From: Christensenellaceae bacterium
Lineage (GTDB): Bacteria > Bacillota > Clostridia > Christensenellales > UBA1750
Length of the DNA stretch: 64,000 nucleotides
Direction: 5' to 3'
NCBI GenBank assembly: GCA_031280685.1
Contig: JAITGM010000026.1
Span: 1,888 to 65,887, forward strand
The notes beneath the pieces were generated by a model. The model saw only the letters and a list, made by a program, of their open reading frames with translations, searched no databases and was not told the origin of the DNA. Positions 43,109-52,280 of the stretch are shown piece after piece (position 1 is the stretch's first letter; every line of letters begins with the position of its first letter). The position numbers were made by a program, and so were the translations under genes.

Positions 43109-43801
43109 CTATTTCTCCCCGAAAAAGCGAAGGAGCAGGCCCGCGGCGCGATCCGCCGCGAGCTGCACGAAGGTTTCAAATTCCATGCGGGCATTGCCCT
43201 CGGTGTCGCTGTCTGAAATCGAGCGGATCACCGCGAAGGGCAGGCCGGCCACATAGGCCGCCTGGGCAATGGCCCCGGCCTCCATTTCGGCGGCAGACGC
43301 GCCGAAAACCCTGCATAATTCCGCCTTTTTTTCGGCCGAAGCCACGAACTGATCCCCGCTGGCCACCGTGGCGACGATGGGATTTAGCTCAAGGGCTTCG
43401 CCCGCACGGGCAAGGCCTTTGAGCAGCGCTTCATCCGCATGGAAAAAGACGGTGTTCACGGTGGAAACAAAGCCGGGCGCGTCGCCCAGGGGCGTCGTGT
43501 CCACATCGTGCTGGCAAACCCGGTCGGCCAGAATTAAGTCGAGGGGGCGCAAGCCGGGCGCACAGCCGCCAGCCACGCCCACGTTGATCAGCGCATCCGG
43601 CGCAAAGCGCAGCAGCATGGTCTGCGCGCGGAGCGCGGCGTTGACCTTGCCGATGCCGCAGATGGCCAAAATCACCTCGTGCCTGCCGATCATGCCCGTG
43701 AAGTATTCAACCCCCAGGATGGTTTCGCTCCTTGCGCCCTTGAGCGCTCCGCGCAGCAGCGAAAACTCGCTGGGCATGGCGGTTAAAATGCCGTAGCGCA
43801 T
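43109..43801 (-). CDS. mtnN: 5'-methylthioadenosine/S-adenosylhomocysteine nucleosidase
   Basis: GILTAMPSE...ICGIGKVNAA...NVGVAGG...ASGDQFV...AAEMEGAAIAQ...IRSISD pattern. Confidence 0.88.
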   Translation of the reverse strand: MRYGILTAMPSEFSLLRGALKGARSETILGVEYFTGMIGRHEVILAICGIGKVNAALRAQTMLLRFAPDALINVGVAGGCAPGLRPLDLILADRVCQHDVDTTPLGDAPGFVSTVNTVFFHADEALLKGLARAGEALELNPIVATVASGDQFVASAEKKAELCRVFGASAAEMEAGAIAQAAYVAGLPFAVIRSISDSDTEGNARMEFETFVQLAADRAAGLLLRFFGEK

Positions 43802-43884
43802 GAAAATAGGCCCCCCTTTGCGTTTTGAACCCCTGCGATTGTAGCAGGTTTCGCCCGCCGAGTCAAAAAGCGGTGCGGCACGGG

Positions 43885-44035
43885 GAAGGGGCTATGCGCG
43901 AGGAAGGCTCCCCGCCGCCATTGCGAGGAGCGTAAGCGACGCGGCAATCCAGAAAGGCCTCATAGCCCGCTGAGTTGCCTCGCAAAACGACGCGGCAAGC
44001 GCAAGGGCGAAGCGGGGAAGGGTTTTCGGCCATTG
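43885..44035. repeat. Copy of the GC-rich intergenic repeat family (module C inside an outer stem)
   Basis: CATTGCGAGGAGCGTAAGCGACGCGGCAATCC 43919-43950 is flanked by GGGCTATG (43889-96) and CATAGCCC (43961-68). Confidence 0.7.
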
Positions 44036-44053
44036 CGGCATCTGCGCCCTGGG

Positions 44054-44521
44054 CTAGCCTTTTAGGCCGGCCGCCGCCACATACTGCGCCACGAGGAAGG
44101 GGTTTTGAAGATCCTCCTCGTCAAGGCCACGAAGGGCCAGGCACTCATCCCAGAGCCTTTCGCTGCCCTCGACGCAGAAATAGCCGGTCGAAAGGTCTAT
44201 GCCGAGGAAGATTTCGCCCTCGCCCTTCGCGCGCGCCGAATAAAGCGCGGCGCCGCTGCCGCTGTTTTCGATGAGGAAGCAGCGCGGCATAGGGCGTTCG
44301 CCCGGCCTTAGCCGCTTGGCGAAGACCTCGTTGCGCAGAACGTTCTCGCGCACGGCCACCGCCGCGCTTTCTTCCGCAATCGCCTGCAGCGGGTAGCGCG
44401 CTTGCAGCGCTTCAGCCAGTTCCGCGCCGGATTTTCGGTTTGACGGAAGCTTTTTATGCCATTTTAGCCAAATCGCCTTCCACCGCGCCAGGTTCTCGGG
44501 TGTGGGCGCGTTTCGCAGCAT
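44054..44521 (-). CDS. Hypothetical protein (155 aa)
   Basis: ATG 44521 follows AAGGAGAG. No family recognised. Confidence 0.5.
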   Translation of the reverse strand: MLRNAPTPENLARWKAIWLKWHKKLPSNRKSGAELAEALQARYPLQAIAEESAAVAVRENVLRNEVFAKRLRPGERPMPRCFLIENSGSGAALYSARAKGEGEIFLGIDLSTGYFCVEGSERLWDECLALRGLDEEDLQNPFLVAQYVAAAGLKG

Positions 44522-45529
44522 TTGCGTTTCTCTCCTTTGCTTCCGGGATGACTTCGACCACGATCTTGCCGCGGGCATGGCCGGCTTCGATGGCGCGAAA
44601 AGCCTCGGCGGCATGAGAGAGGGGATATATTTCATCCAGAACGGGCCGCAGCTTGCCTTTTTCGGCCAGCTCGTTCAGGAAGAGCAGATCGCTTCGCCTG
44701 GTGTTGTTCGCGCTCAATTGAACGATCCTCTTCCCGCCGCGCCCCGCGAAAAGGCCGTTCATGGCGACCTTGGCCGCGTGCCGCAGCCCGGAAAAGCCGA
44801 CCACCACGCAGACGCCGCCCGGACTCAGGGCGCGGCGGAGCGCGGAAGGGCCGCGGTTTGCCGCGATGTCTAAAATCAAATCGTATTGCCGGCCGTCCTG
44901 GCAAAAATCTTCGAGCGCGTAGTCGAAGACCCGCTCCGCGCCAAGCTCGCGGGCCTGCGCCGCCTTGCCCGCGCTGCACACGGCGCTGACCTTCGCGCCC
45001 AGCGCCCTGGCGATTTGCAGCGCGAAGCCCCCTACGCCGCCGGAAGCGCCATTGACGAGGACGCGTTGGCCGGGCCGAAGCCGCCCCAGGTCGCGCAGGC
45101 CCTGCAGCGCGGTGACAGCGGCCATGGGCAGGGCGGCGGCCTGCGCAAAGCCGAGCCCTTCCGGCATCATGGCCAGAACGCCCTCTTTCGCGCGGGCGTA
45201 TTCGGCCAGGCCGCCAGCCCCCCCCCTTTTCCGCAGGATTCCAGGCAGCCATAGACCCGGTCGCCGACGCGAAAATCCGAGGCGCCTTCGCCCAGCGCCG
45301 CGACCTCGCCCGCAATATCGGCGCCGAGGATTTGATTTTTGGGCCGCAAAAGCCCCGCGCTTGCGCGCACGGGGAAGGGCTTTGCGCGCAAGCGGTGCCA
45401 ATCATAGGCGCCCAGCGAGGCCGCGTGCACCTTTACGAGCACTTCCCCCGGTCCCGGGGCGGGCCTTGGCAGCTTGGCCAGCCGGATGCCTTCGGGTGGG
45501 CCGTAGCGCGTATAGATCGCGGCTCGCAT
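44454..45529 (-). pseudogene. Frameshifted zinc-type/MDR NAD(P)H quinone oxidoreductase
   Basis: N-terminal frame (MRAAIYTRYGPPEG...GDRVYGCLESCGKGGG) and C-terminal frame (GLAEYARAKEGVLAMMPEG...NGASGGVGGFALQIA...GHARGKIVVEV) join across a G9 run (C9 on plus, 45218-45226). G10 or G7 would restore the frame. Confidence 0.8.
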
Positions 45530-45545
45530 CGTGAGGCCGCCTGGG

Positions 45546-45791
45546 CTATTCCCGCGCGCCTTCATCGGCAATTCCCCCTTCGTCTGCCCGAAACACCTCG
45601 GTGATTTCCATGCCGAACGCGGCCGCGATGCGAAAGGCCAGCTCCAGCGAAGGGGCGTATTTTTCCGCCTCCAGCGCGATGATGGTCTGCCGCGAAACGC
45701 CGGCGCGTTCGGCCAGCTCAAGCTGCGTCATTTCCCCCGCGAAGAAGCGCAGCCTGCGAATCTGGTTGCGGATGCGCAGGGGCTTAACCAT
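45546..45791 (-). CDS. Small XRE-family HTH regulator
   Basis: MTQLELAERAGVSRQTIIALEAEKYAPSLELAFRIAAAFGMEITEVF. ATG 45791 overlaps the stop of the upstream membrane-protein gene. Confidence 0.85.
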   Translation of the reverse strand: MVKPLRIRNQIRRLRFFAGEMTQLELAERAGVSRQTIIALEAEKYAPSLELAFRIAAAFGMEITEVFRADEGGIADEGARE

Positions 45792-46260
45792 AGGACGCGC
45801 CCCTTTCTGCATAGAGGAGGATCAATACCCCTTCCGCGAGCGCGTCCAGCGCGAAGCCGCCCAGGAGGGCGTGCAGGGCTGCCGCCGGGGGCGCGCCAAG
45901 GCCCAGCAGGGCGAGCGCGGCGACCAGCCCTAGGCCCGCCAGGCCCTGGCCAACGCGCGCCGCCTTCCAGCTAAGCAGCCTTTCGCGCTCATCCTCCGTC
46001 ATCGCGGAGGAAAGCAGCCTTTTTCCCTCTTCTTCGCCCATTTTTGCCGTGAAAACCACGGCCAGGGCGATGTGGAAGGCGATTTGCGCGAGGATCTGCA
46101 GGGCGATACTGCCCCCCAGCCAAAGGAGCATGGCCAGCGCCCAGGCGCGCAGGTCGTCGCCGGCGGGCGCGGAGCCGCGCAAGGCCCAAAGAGCGTAGGC
46201 CGTGATGGAGCCAAGCCCGACGAGCAGGCTCGTCAGCGTTCGCTTCCCAAGATCGGACAT
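45784..46260 (-). CDS. Membrane protein (4 TM) co-transcribed with the XRE regulator
   Basis: Hydrophobic segments and an 8-nt overlap with the XRE gene. RBS is AAGAAGGAGG. Confidence 0.65.
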   Translation of the reverse strand: MSDLGKRTLTSLLVGLGSITAYALWALRGSAPAGDDLRAWALAMLLWLGGSIALQILAQIAFHIALAVVFTAKMGEEEGKRLLSSAMTEDERERLLSWKAARVGQGLAGLGLVAALALLGLGAPPAAALHALLGGFALDALAEGVLILLYAERGASYG

Positions 46261-46304
46261 GAAAAGGCCTCCTTCTTTTGCGCAGGGTCGATTTTGATGG
46301 ACTT

Positions 46305-46345
46305 ATTGTAATATATAAATTACTAAATGTCAATGATATATTACA
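46305..46345 (-). promoter_or_regulatory. Promoter TTGACA-17-TACAAT (minus strand) embedded in a perfect 10-bp inverted repeat (TGTAATATAT-19 nt-ATATATTACA): probable XRE operator
   Basis: -35 is the reverse complement of 46328-46333 and -10 is the reverse complement of 46305-46310. IR arms are 46307-46316 and 46336-46345. Confidence 0.6.
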
Positions 46346-46354
46346 TCGAGCGAA

Positions 46355-46387
46355 AGAAAAAGAAGGGGGCGTTTCCAGCTCCCCTTC
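46355..46387 (-). terminator. Intrinsic terminator after the aminoacylase gene
   Basis: Minus strand: GAAGGGGAGCTGGAAACGCCCCCTTC followed by TTTTTCTTT. Confidence 0.65.
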
Positions 46388-46399
46388 AACCGCCTTGCA

Positions 46400-47755
46400 T
46401 CAGGCCCGGATCGAACGCCCAAGGGTCAAATTCATGGGCTTGCCATCCTCAACGGCGAACTCCCCGCCGATTAGCACATGGCGCACGCCCTTGGCGGGTG
46501 CGTCGGGCGCGCCCTCGTCGGGGTAGCGCGCGCAGTCCTCGATGGCGCCGTAGTCGAACACTGCGATGTCCGCATCCGCGCCGACGGCGAAACTGCCCTT
46601 GCCCGGCAGGCCGAAGGTTCGGGCAGGCAGCAGCGTGGCGCGGTAGACCGCTTCTTCCAGCGGCAGGATGCCGCTCTGGCGCACCAGGCGAAAGAAGCCC
46701 GCGAAGCTGCCCGCCACCTGCGGGTGCCCCTGGCCGGGGGCGTAGGGCGCGGTATCGGACGAGGGCATGACGTATTCCCTGGTGAAGGGGGGCAAGAGCG
46801 AAGCTTCAAAGCCGGTCTTGCAGATGACGGACTCGCGGGCCTTCGTGCCACGCAGATGGCGGTAGAGCGCGTCGTCCAGCCGCTTGCCCGCGTGCTCGCC
46901 GGTTGCGACCAGGAAGTCAGAGAGCCGAAAGCCCTCGCTATAGACGTAGCTTTCGCGGAAGCATTCCGAGCTGATGCCGCTGGCCCAGTCCACATACAGC
47001 CCCGAATCCGCCCAAATATCCACGCCCTCCGCGCGGGCTTCATCCATGAGGGCCAGCGCTTCTTCTATGACGCCTTGGCCGTACTGGTAGACGAAGTGGC
47101 TGATTTGCACGCGGACCTTGAGCTGACGCGACAGCCCGATGAGCTGCCTTAAATTCTCAAGGTCGTAGTTGTCGTCCATGTAGGTGTCCACCGCGACGAC
47201 GCGGCCGTGGCGCTTGGCGATGGACGAGAGCGCCAAAACCTCGTCCCAGGAGGTGCCGGGCACATAGCCCAGCCCAAAACTCACGCCAAAAACCCCTTTT
47301 TGCATCGCCTCCGCGCAAAGGCGCTCCATTTCCTTGATTTGGGCGGGCGTCGCCGGGGCGAAGATGTCGTCGATTTGTAAATGGCGCCGCAGGGCGTTAT
47401 GGCCGAAAAGTTCGGCTTGGTTCAGGGGGAAGCCCGCGTCGATTTCGGCGTAAAAGCGGTCTAGATCCATGCGGCCGCCGCCGCAGTTGCCCGAGATGAT
47501 GCTGGTTACGCCCTGCGCCAGCGAAAGATAGGCGCAGCGGGCCGTGTTTTCGTCCGCTTCGCGATCCACGTGGGTGTGCGGGTCAATAAAACCCGGGGAA
47601 ACGACCAAGCCTTCGGCGTTCAGCACACGGCGCGCGGGGCGAGGCTCGCCGCCCAGGCCGGCGATCTTGCCGTTTTGGATATAGAGATCGGCGGAACTGC
47701 TCGTTCTGCTAGATGGATCCACGACCCTGCCGCCCCGAATCACCAAATCGACCAT
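46400..47755 (-). CDS. N-acyl-D-amino-acid deacylase (D-aminoacylase) family amidohydrolase
   Basis: DLVIRGGRVVDP...LYIQNGKIAGLG...GFIDPHTHVD metal-binding HxH motif. Amidohydrolase-fold length. ATG 47755 follows GAAGGGGG. Confidence 0.75.
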   Translation of the reverse strand: MVDLVIRGGRVVDPSSRTSSSADLYIQNGKIAGLGGEPRPARRVLNAEGLVVSPGFIDPHTHVDREADENTARCAYLSLAQGVTSIISGNCGGGRMDLDRFYAEIDAGFPLNQAELFGHNALRRHLQIDDIFAPATPAQIKEMERLCAEAMQKGVFGVSFGLGYVPGTSWDEVLALSSIAKRHGRVVAVDTYMDDNYDLENLRQLIGLSRQLKVRVQISHFVYQYGQGVIEEALALMDEARAEGVDIWADSGLYVDWASGISSECFRESYVYSEGFRLSDFLVATGEHAGKRLDDALYRHLRGTKARESVICKTGFEASLLPPFTREYVMPSSDTAPYAPGQGHPQVAGSFAGFFRLVRQSGILPLEEAVYRATLLPARTFGLPGKGSFAVGADADIAVFDYGAIEDCARYPDEGAPDAPAKGVRHVLIGGEFAVEDGKPMNLTLGRSIRA

Positions 47756-47860
47756 CCTCGTCGCCCCCTTCAAAAAGTTTAGTACTGCTAATCTAAATCC
47801 TTAGTATAAGCAAATCCGACTGGCCGTCAAGTTAAATCCTCGGGCCGCGCCTTTGGGGGC

Positions 47861-47884
47861 GAAAAAGGCGCCCGAAGGGCGCCT
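47861..47884 (-). terminator. Intrinsic terminator after the glutaredoxin-like gene
   Basis: Minus strand: AGGCGCCC-TTC-GGGCGCCT followed by TTTTT. Confidence 0.6.
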
Positions 47885-47913
47885 TGAAAGGGACTTTGGC
47901 CGGGCTTTAAGCG

Positions 47914-48171
47914 CTAAAGGGCAGCGTCGTAGACCGCCTTGATCTGCGCCTTCGTCGAGGCGCCCTCGTGCAGCTTTTCATCGCCCGCATAGAGGGTGGG
48001 CACGTAGTAATAATCGAACTTGCCGGCCGTGACCGGGTCGAGCCTCTCGTCGATCATCTTAAAGGGGATGGCGGCGTAGGCTGGGTTTTCAGCCTTTAGT
48101 TCGTCGATGAAGCGCAGGGCTTCCTTGCAATAGGGGCAGGCCTCAAACATGAACAGGGTGATGGGCTTCAT
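47914..48171 (-). CDS. Glutaredoxin/thioredoxin-fold small protein (CPYC)
   Basis: ITLFMFEACPYCKEALRFIDEL...VPTLY. Confidence 0.7.
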   Translation of the reverse strand: MKPITLFMFEACPYCKEALRFIDELKAENPAYAAIPFKMIDERLDPVTAGKFDYYYVPTLYAGDEKLHEGASTKAQIKAVYDAAL

Positions 48172-48183
48172 TGCGGATCTTCC

Positions 48184-48477
48184 TCATTTCTTTTTCTTGC
48201 GGCGCACAAGCGCCAGGCCGCCAAAGCCGCAAATCACGGCCATATAAAAGCCAATGTCGTAGCTAAGGCCTGTGTTGGCCGTTTCATACATGTGCAGGGG
48301 CGCGCCGAAGGCCTGCATGATGAGCGAAAAGGGTGCCAGCCAGCCGTGCCAAACGCCATTGAAGAAGCCTGCGGGGGAAGCCTGGCTGTAGCCGCCGATT
48401 CCGGGCAGGCAGGCGCTGAGCAGCAGCGGCAGGCAAAGCAGCAGGCTCAGGCAGCAGAAAATGCGGAGGGTTTTCAT
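48184..48477 (-). CDS. Small lipoprotein/membrane protein
   Basis: Signal peptide with lipobox LLLSAC and a C-terminal TM plus KKKK. Start taken at ATG 48477. Confidence 0.55.
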   Translation of the reverse strand: MKTLRIFCCLSLLLCLPLLLSACLPGIGGYSQASPAGFFNGVWHGWLAPFSLIMQAFGAPLHMYETANTGLSYDIGFYMAVICGFGGLALVRRKKKK

Positions 48478-48539
48478 GGTTGGCCTCGCTTTCTTCCCGT
48501 TTGCGGCGCTTTCCGCGAGGCAGCCCGCCCGCCCTTCCG

Positions 48540-49799
48540 TCATTGCTCCAGGGCAAAGCCAAAGCCGCGCAGCGTCGCGAAGTAGTCTGTGGGGGTTTCC
48601 TCCCTGCGGATGAGGGCGACGGTGCCGTTGGGTTTTAAGAGCAGCTCCTTGGAGCGGAGCTTGCCATTATAGTTATAGCCCATCGAAAAGCCGTGGGCCC
48701 CCGTGTCGTGCAGGCAGACCAGGTCGCCCTTTTCGATGGGGGGCAGGGGCCTGTCTACCGCGAACTTGTCGTTGTTCTCGCACAGCGCGCCGGTCACGTC
48801 ATAAAGCTCGGTCTGCGGCGCGTCTTCCTTGCCAAGCACCGTGATGTGGTGGTAGGCGCCATACATGGCGGGCCGCATCAGGTTGGCCGCGCAGGCATCC
48901 ACGCCGATGTAGTGCTTATAAATCCGCTTTTCGTGCACCGCCGTGGTGACCAAGGAACCAGCTGGCCCGGTGATGTAGCGCCCAAGCTCGGTGAAGATGG
49001 CGGGCCTCATGCCCGCCGGGCCAAAGGCAGCCTCGTACTTCCCGCGCACGCCGCTGCCGATGTGGGCAAGGTCGGGCTCCGCGTCATCCGGCCTGTAGGG
49101 GATGCCGATGCCGCCCGAGAGATTCACGAAGGCGATCTCGGCACCGCTCTTTTCGTGCAGATCGCGCGCCAGCGCGAAGAGCTCGCCGGCCAGGGTGGCG
49201 TAGTAGTCCTTTTCGAGCATGTTCGAGGCGAGGAAGGCATGCAGGCCGAACTTTTCGGCGCCCAGGCGGCGCAATTCCTCAACGGCTTCGAAGATTTGCG
49301 GCCTCGTCATGCCGTATTTGGCATCCCCCGGGTTGCCCATGATCGCCCCGCCGATTTTAAAATCCCCGCCCGGATTGTAGCGCAGGCAGATGGTCTTTGG
49401 AATGCCGCCGTTTTCGGCCAGGAAGGGGATATGGCTGATGTCATCGAGGTTGATGATGGCTTCGAGCCTGCTTGCGAGGCGGAACTCTTCGGCCGGGGTG
49501 TTGTTGGATGAGAACATGATCTCCTTGCCCACGGAGCCGACCGCCTTGGCCAGCATAAGCTCCGTGTAGGAGGAGCAGTCCATGCCGCAGCCTTCCTGAC
49601 GTAGTATGTCCAAAATGGCGGGGTTAGGCAGCGCTTTGACCGCGAAATATTCCTTAAAGCCCGCGTTCCACGCAAAGGCGGCCCGCAGCGCACGCACTCT
49701 TGCGCGTATGGCGGCTTCGTCATAGATGTGGAAGGGGGTGGGGAATTCCTTGATGATCTCGCGCATTTGGGCAAGGGAATAGGGCAGTTCTTTCGCCAT
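48540..49799 (-). CDS. lysA: Diaminopimelate decarboxylase (fold-type III PLP decarboxylase)
   Basis: FPTPFHIYDE, PLP-Lys context YFAVKALPN, GGGIGIPY, CENNDKFA and DTGAHGFSMGYNYNG. ATG 49799 follows GGGAGGTG. Confidence 0.7.
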   Translation of the reverse strand: MAKELPYSLAQMREIIKEFPTPFHIYDEAAIRARVRALRAAFAWNAGFKEYFAVKALPNPAILDILRQEGCGMDCSSYTELMLAKAVGSVGKEIMFSSNNTPAEEFRLASRLEAIINLDDISHIPFLAENGGIPKTICLRYNPGGDFKIGGAIMGNPGDAKYGMTRPQIFEAVEELRRLGAEKFGLHAFLASNMLEKDYYATLAGELFALARDLHEKSGAEIAFVNLSGGIGIPYRPDDAEPDLAHIGSGVRGKYEAAFGPAGMRPAIFTELGRYITGPAGSLVTTAVHEKRIYKHYIGVDACAANLMRPAMYGAYHHITVLGKEDAPQTELYDVTGALCENNDKFAVDRPLPPIEKGDLVCLHDTGAHGFSMGYNYNGKLRSKELLLKPNGTVALIRREETPTDYFATLRGFGFALEQ

Positions 49800-49924
49800 G
49801 GGGAAGGCACCTCCCAAAACGCCGGGGCGTTTTTTGTTTTCCCCATTTTACTTGGAATGCCCCCGGCGCGCAAGCGCTTTTTCGACGCATTTCATGGCGC
49901 CGCGGGGCAGGGAGTTGCTTTTAA

Positions 49925-50614
49925 CTAACCCTTAACCTCCGCGGCGGCGCCGGCTCTGGCGATGAACCAGTCAAAGATCGGCGCGTGGCCTTCCAAAAGC
50001 ATCCTTTCGGGGTGGAACTGCGTGCCCAAAACCAGGTCGCCGTGCTGTACGGCCTCCACGAGGCCGTCTTCGCTGCGGGCGATGACGCGCAAGCCTTCAG
50101 CCACGCGCGCGAGCGCCTGGTGGTGCGTGGAATTGACCACCAGCCTTTCGCGCCCGCCGAAGATCCCGCCAAGCAGCGAATCCCGCTCGACGGCGATGCC
50201 GTGGCGCAGGTAAAAGCTGCTGTGGAGCAGCCGGGTGCCTGGCAGATCGTAGATATGCTGGTGTAAATCGCCCCCAAGGGCCACGTTAAGCACCTGCAGC
50301 CCCCGGCAGATGGCCAGGATCGGCTTTTTTGCGTCAAAAAAGGCCTTGGCCAGCAAAAGCTCGGTTTCGTCGCGCTGCCTGGCGCAGAGCTTTGCCGCAG
50401 GGTGGCGCTTCTGGCCAAAAAAGCAGGGGTCGATGTCGTTTCCGCCGCAGAGCACAAGGGCGTCGAAGCGCCCGAGCAGCCCGGGCAGGTTCTCCCCGAC
50501 CACCGGGCCAAGCTCCTGCGGCCGGCCGCCCGCCTGGGTGACTGCCTGCGCGTAAAAAGGCGGGGGAGCCAAGTCCCCTTCGATGTTGGAGGCGATGGCG
50601 ACGAGAGGCTTCAT
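49925..50614 (-). CDS. Class-I glutamine amidotransferase-like, gamma-glutamyl-GABA hydrolase (peptidase C26) family
   Basis: ILAICRGLQVLNV (Cys nucleophile), STHHQA and GTQFHPE motifs. Confidence 0.8.
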   Translation of the reverse strand: MKPLVAIASNIEGDLAPPPFYAQAVTQAGGRPQELGPVVGENLPGLLGRFDALVLCGGNDIDPCFFGQKRHPAAKLCARQRDETELLLAKAFFDAKKPILAICRGLQVLNVALGGDLHQHIYDLPGTRLLHSSFYLRHGIAVERDSLLGGIFGGRERLVVNSTHHQALARVAEGLRVIARSEDGLVEAVQHGDLVLGTQFHPERMLLEGHAPIFDWFIARAGAAAEVKG

Positions 50615-50750
50615 GGCGGCACACTCCCATTTTTTGTCGGCGCTTTATTCTATGCCGCGCGGCAGGTCCGCGTCAAGCCTTGCGCTTCCGTTCCCCAGGG
50701 GCTAAAATAGGGAAGGGAATCAAAGCCCCTGGAAGGAGCCTTCATCCATC

Positions 50751-51677
50751 ATGAGTGAAATGCAGCAGGCCAGAACCTTCGAAACGATCTACCAAATCGC
50801 GCCCGAGGCCGCGGTGAAGCGCCTGCAGGGCTTCCGTGAGCGCGTGCCCGCGCAGAATATCGAGATCGGGAAAAATATCTACCCCGTTTGGAACATCGGC
50901 GAAGGCGAGCGTGCCGCGATCTTCCTGCCCAGCGGCATGGGCCATGGCGAGGTCTGGTTCCCTTACCTGACCGCCATCGCCCCGGAGATCCGCGTGGTGG
51001 CGGTTTCTTTGGCAGTGAACAAGACCATCGAAGGGTATTGCCGCGATTTGCACGCGCTTTTTGAGCGGCTGGGCTTGAAAAGGGTCGTGCTCATCGCCCA
51101 GGCGATCGGCGGGCTGATCGCGCAGAGCTATGCGCGGCTCTACCCAACCCAGGTCGAGGGCATGGCGCTGTGCATGTGCGGCGCGCCCGCAAAGGGCCTG
51201 CCCGAGGCGATTCGGCAAAAGTGGGTCGAGCGCAAAAAGCTCGCTCCCAGGCTGTTTTTTGCGCCGTTTAAGGTGATGCGCCAGCGCATGGCCTATCAAA
51301 CCTTTCATGGCATGTGCCCGCCCGAGCTTGAGGATATGCTCTCGTTCTGGCGCGCCTTCATCGCGGAAACCTACGAGTACGCCGTATATAAAAGGCAATA
51401 CATCGCCCTAAACTGCAGGGCAGTGCCCGCCATCTACGCAAAGCTGCCCTATGCCCCCGGCGATCTGGCTGGCTGGGCAGGCAAGACCCTCCTTTTAGAG
51501 GCCGAAAGCGACCAATACTACCCGGAGGAGGAAAAGGCGCTGCTCCGCGCGCTCTACCCGGATGCGCGGCGGGCCACGCTGGGCAAGGGCGGCCAGCTCG
51601 CCCTTTTGGCTGAAGAGAGAGAGGGCTGCCGCATCCTGCTGGGCTTCCTCCGCGAGATTGCGGAGCCGATTGGATGA
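50751..51677 (+). CDS. Alpha/beta-hydrolase-fold protein with a non-canonical nucleophile elbow
   Basis: Fold pattern AAIFLPSGMGHG...RVVLIAQAIGGLIAQSYARLYP. AQAIG sits where GxSxG is expected. Confidence 0.6.
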   Translation: MSEMQQARTFETIYQIAPEAAVKRLQGFRERVPAQNIEIGKNIYPVWNIGEGERAAIFLPSGMGHGEVWFPYLTAIAPEIRVVAVSLAVNKTIEGYCRDLHALFERLGLKRVVLIAQAIGGLIAQSYARLYPTQVEGMALCMCGAPAKGLPEAIRQKWVERKKLAPRLFFAPFKVMRQRMAYQTFHGMCPPELEDMLSFWRAFIAETYEYAVYKRQYIALNCRAVPAIYAKLPYAPGDLAGWAGKTLLLEAESDQYYPEEEKALLRALYPDARRATLGKGGQLALLAEEREGCRILLGFLREIAEPIG

Positions 51678-51679
51678 GA

Positions 51680-52000
51680 GGGCTTCTGCGTGGGAGTGGG
51701 CCGGGGAACCGAAATCGCCCTCCCCCGCACCCCCTTACGGGCCTGAAGGCCCTGCAGGGGGCGGGGGAGGCCAATGCCGCGCTGCGGCGCGGGGGCTGTC
51801 GCCGCAGCCTCGGGTGGCGGGGCTTTGCCTGCCTGCTCAACGCAACCAGAGGAACGCCGTACTCGACGAGTTTCCTTGTGACCCGACGGCGTTTCGCGAG
51901 GCCAAGGGGAGCTTGCGGCCTGCCCCAGGGGGAGCGCGAGGGGGTTGCCCCCTCGCTGGTGGCAAGGGAAGCCTTCCGCCGAGCCATGGCGCGCCTGCAA
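51680..52000. repeat. GC-rich hairpin-rich intergenic block, related in style (module A variant) to the repeat family
   Basis: GGGAGTGGGCCGGGG (51689-51703) resembles module A. Perfect hairpin GCGAGGGGG-TTG-CCCCCTCGC (~51937-51957). All frames are open. Confidence 0.55.
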
Positions 52001-52004
52001 GGTC

Positions 52005-52280
52005 TTGACTTTTCGCAAAATCCTGCTATGATGGACTTCAACCCCGACGACGGGAAGGAGTACCCCGTTTTTCGCGCCAAAGAGAGGCTGCCGATGGCTG
52101 AAAGGCGGCCGCGCAAGGGAAGATGGGCGGAAGGTCGTCCCCGAGGGAAAGAGGCGAAGGGTTCCCCCTGCGTAACCCCTTTCGGTTCGCGCCCGTTATA
52201 GCGCAAGAGGAGCACAAATAAAGGTGGTACCACGGCGGCGCCCGTCCTTTTTGAAGGGATGGCGCCGTCTTTCTTTTTTC
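52005..52280 (+). promoter_or_regulatory. T-box leader (specifier GUC, Val) with promoter, controlling valS
   Basis: TTGACT 52005-10, 16 nt, TATGAT 52027-32. GACGA K-turn, AGUA 52059-62, AAAGAGAG 52079-86, GGCUGAAA distal loop, GUC 52134-36 followed by G. Core AAAGGUGGUACCACGG 52220-36. Terminator ends in a T-run at ~52280. Confidence 0.88.

Noticed and set aside
49800-49924. Looked for a lysine (L-box) riboswitch upstream of lysA
   Set aside because: The intergenic space is only about 125 nt and lacks L-box conserved elements.
51358-52233. 291-aa minus-strand ORF and the overlapping ORFs 51554..52018, 51562..52008 and 51674..52201
   Set aside because: They cover the hydrolase 3' end, a GC-rich repeat block and the valS T-box leader. 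There is no RBS and the composition is low complexity.
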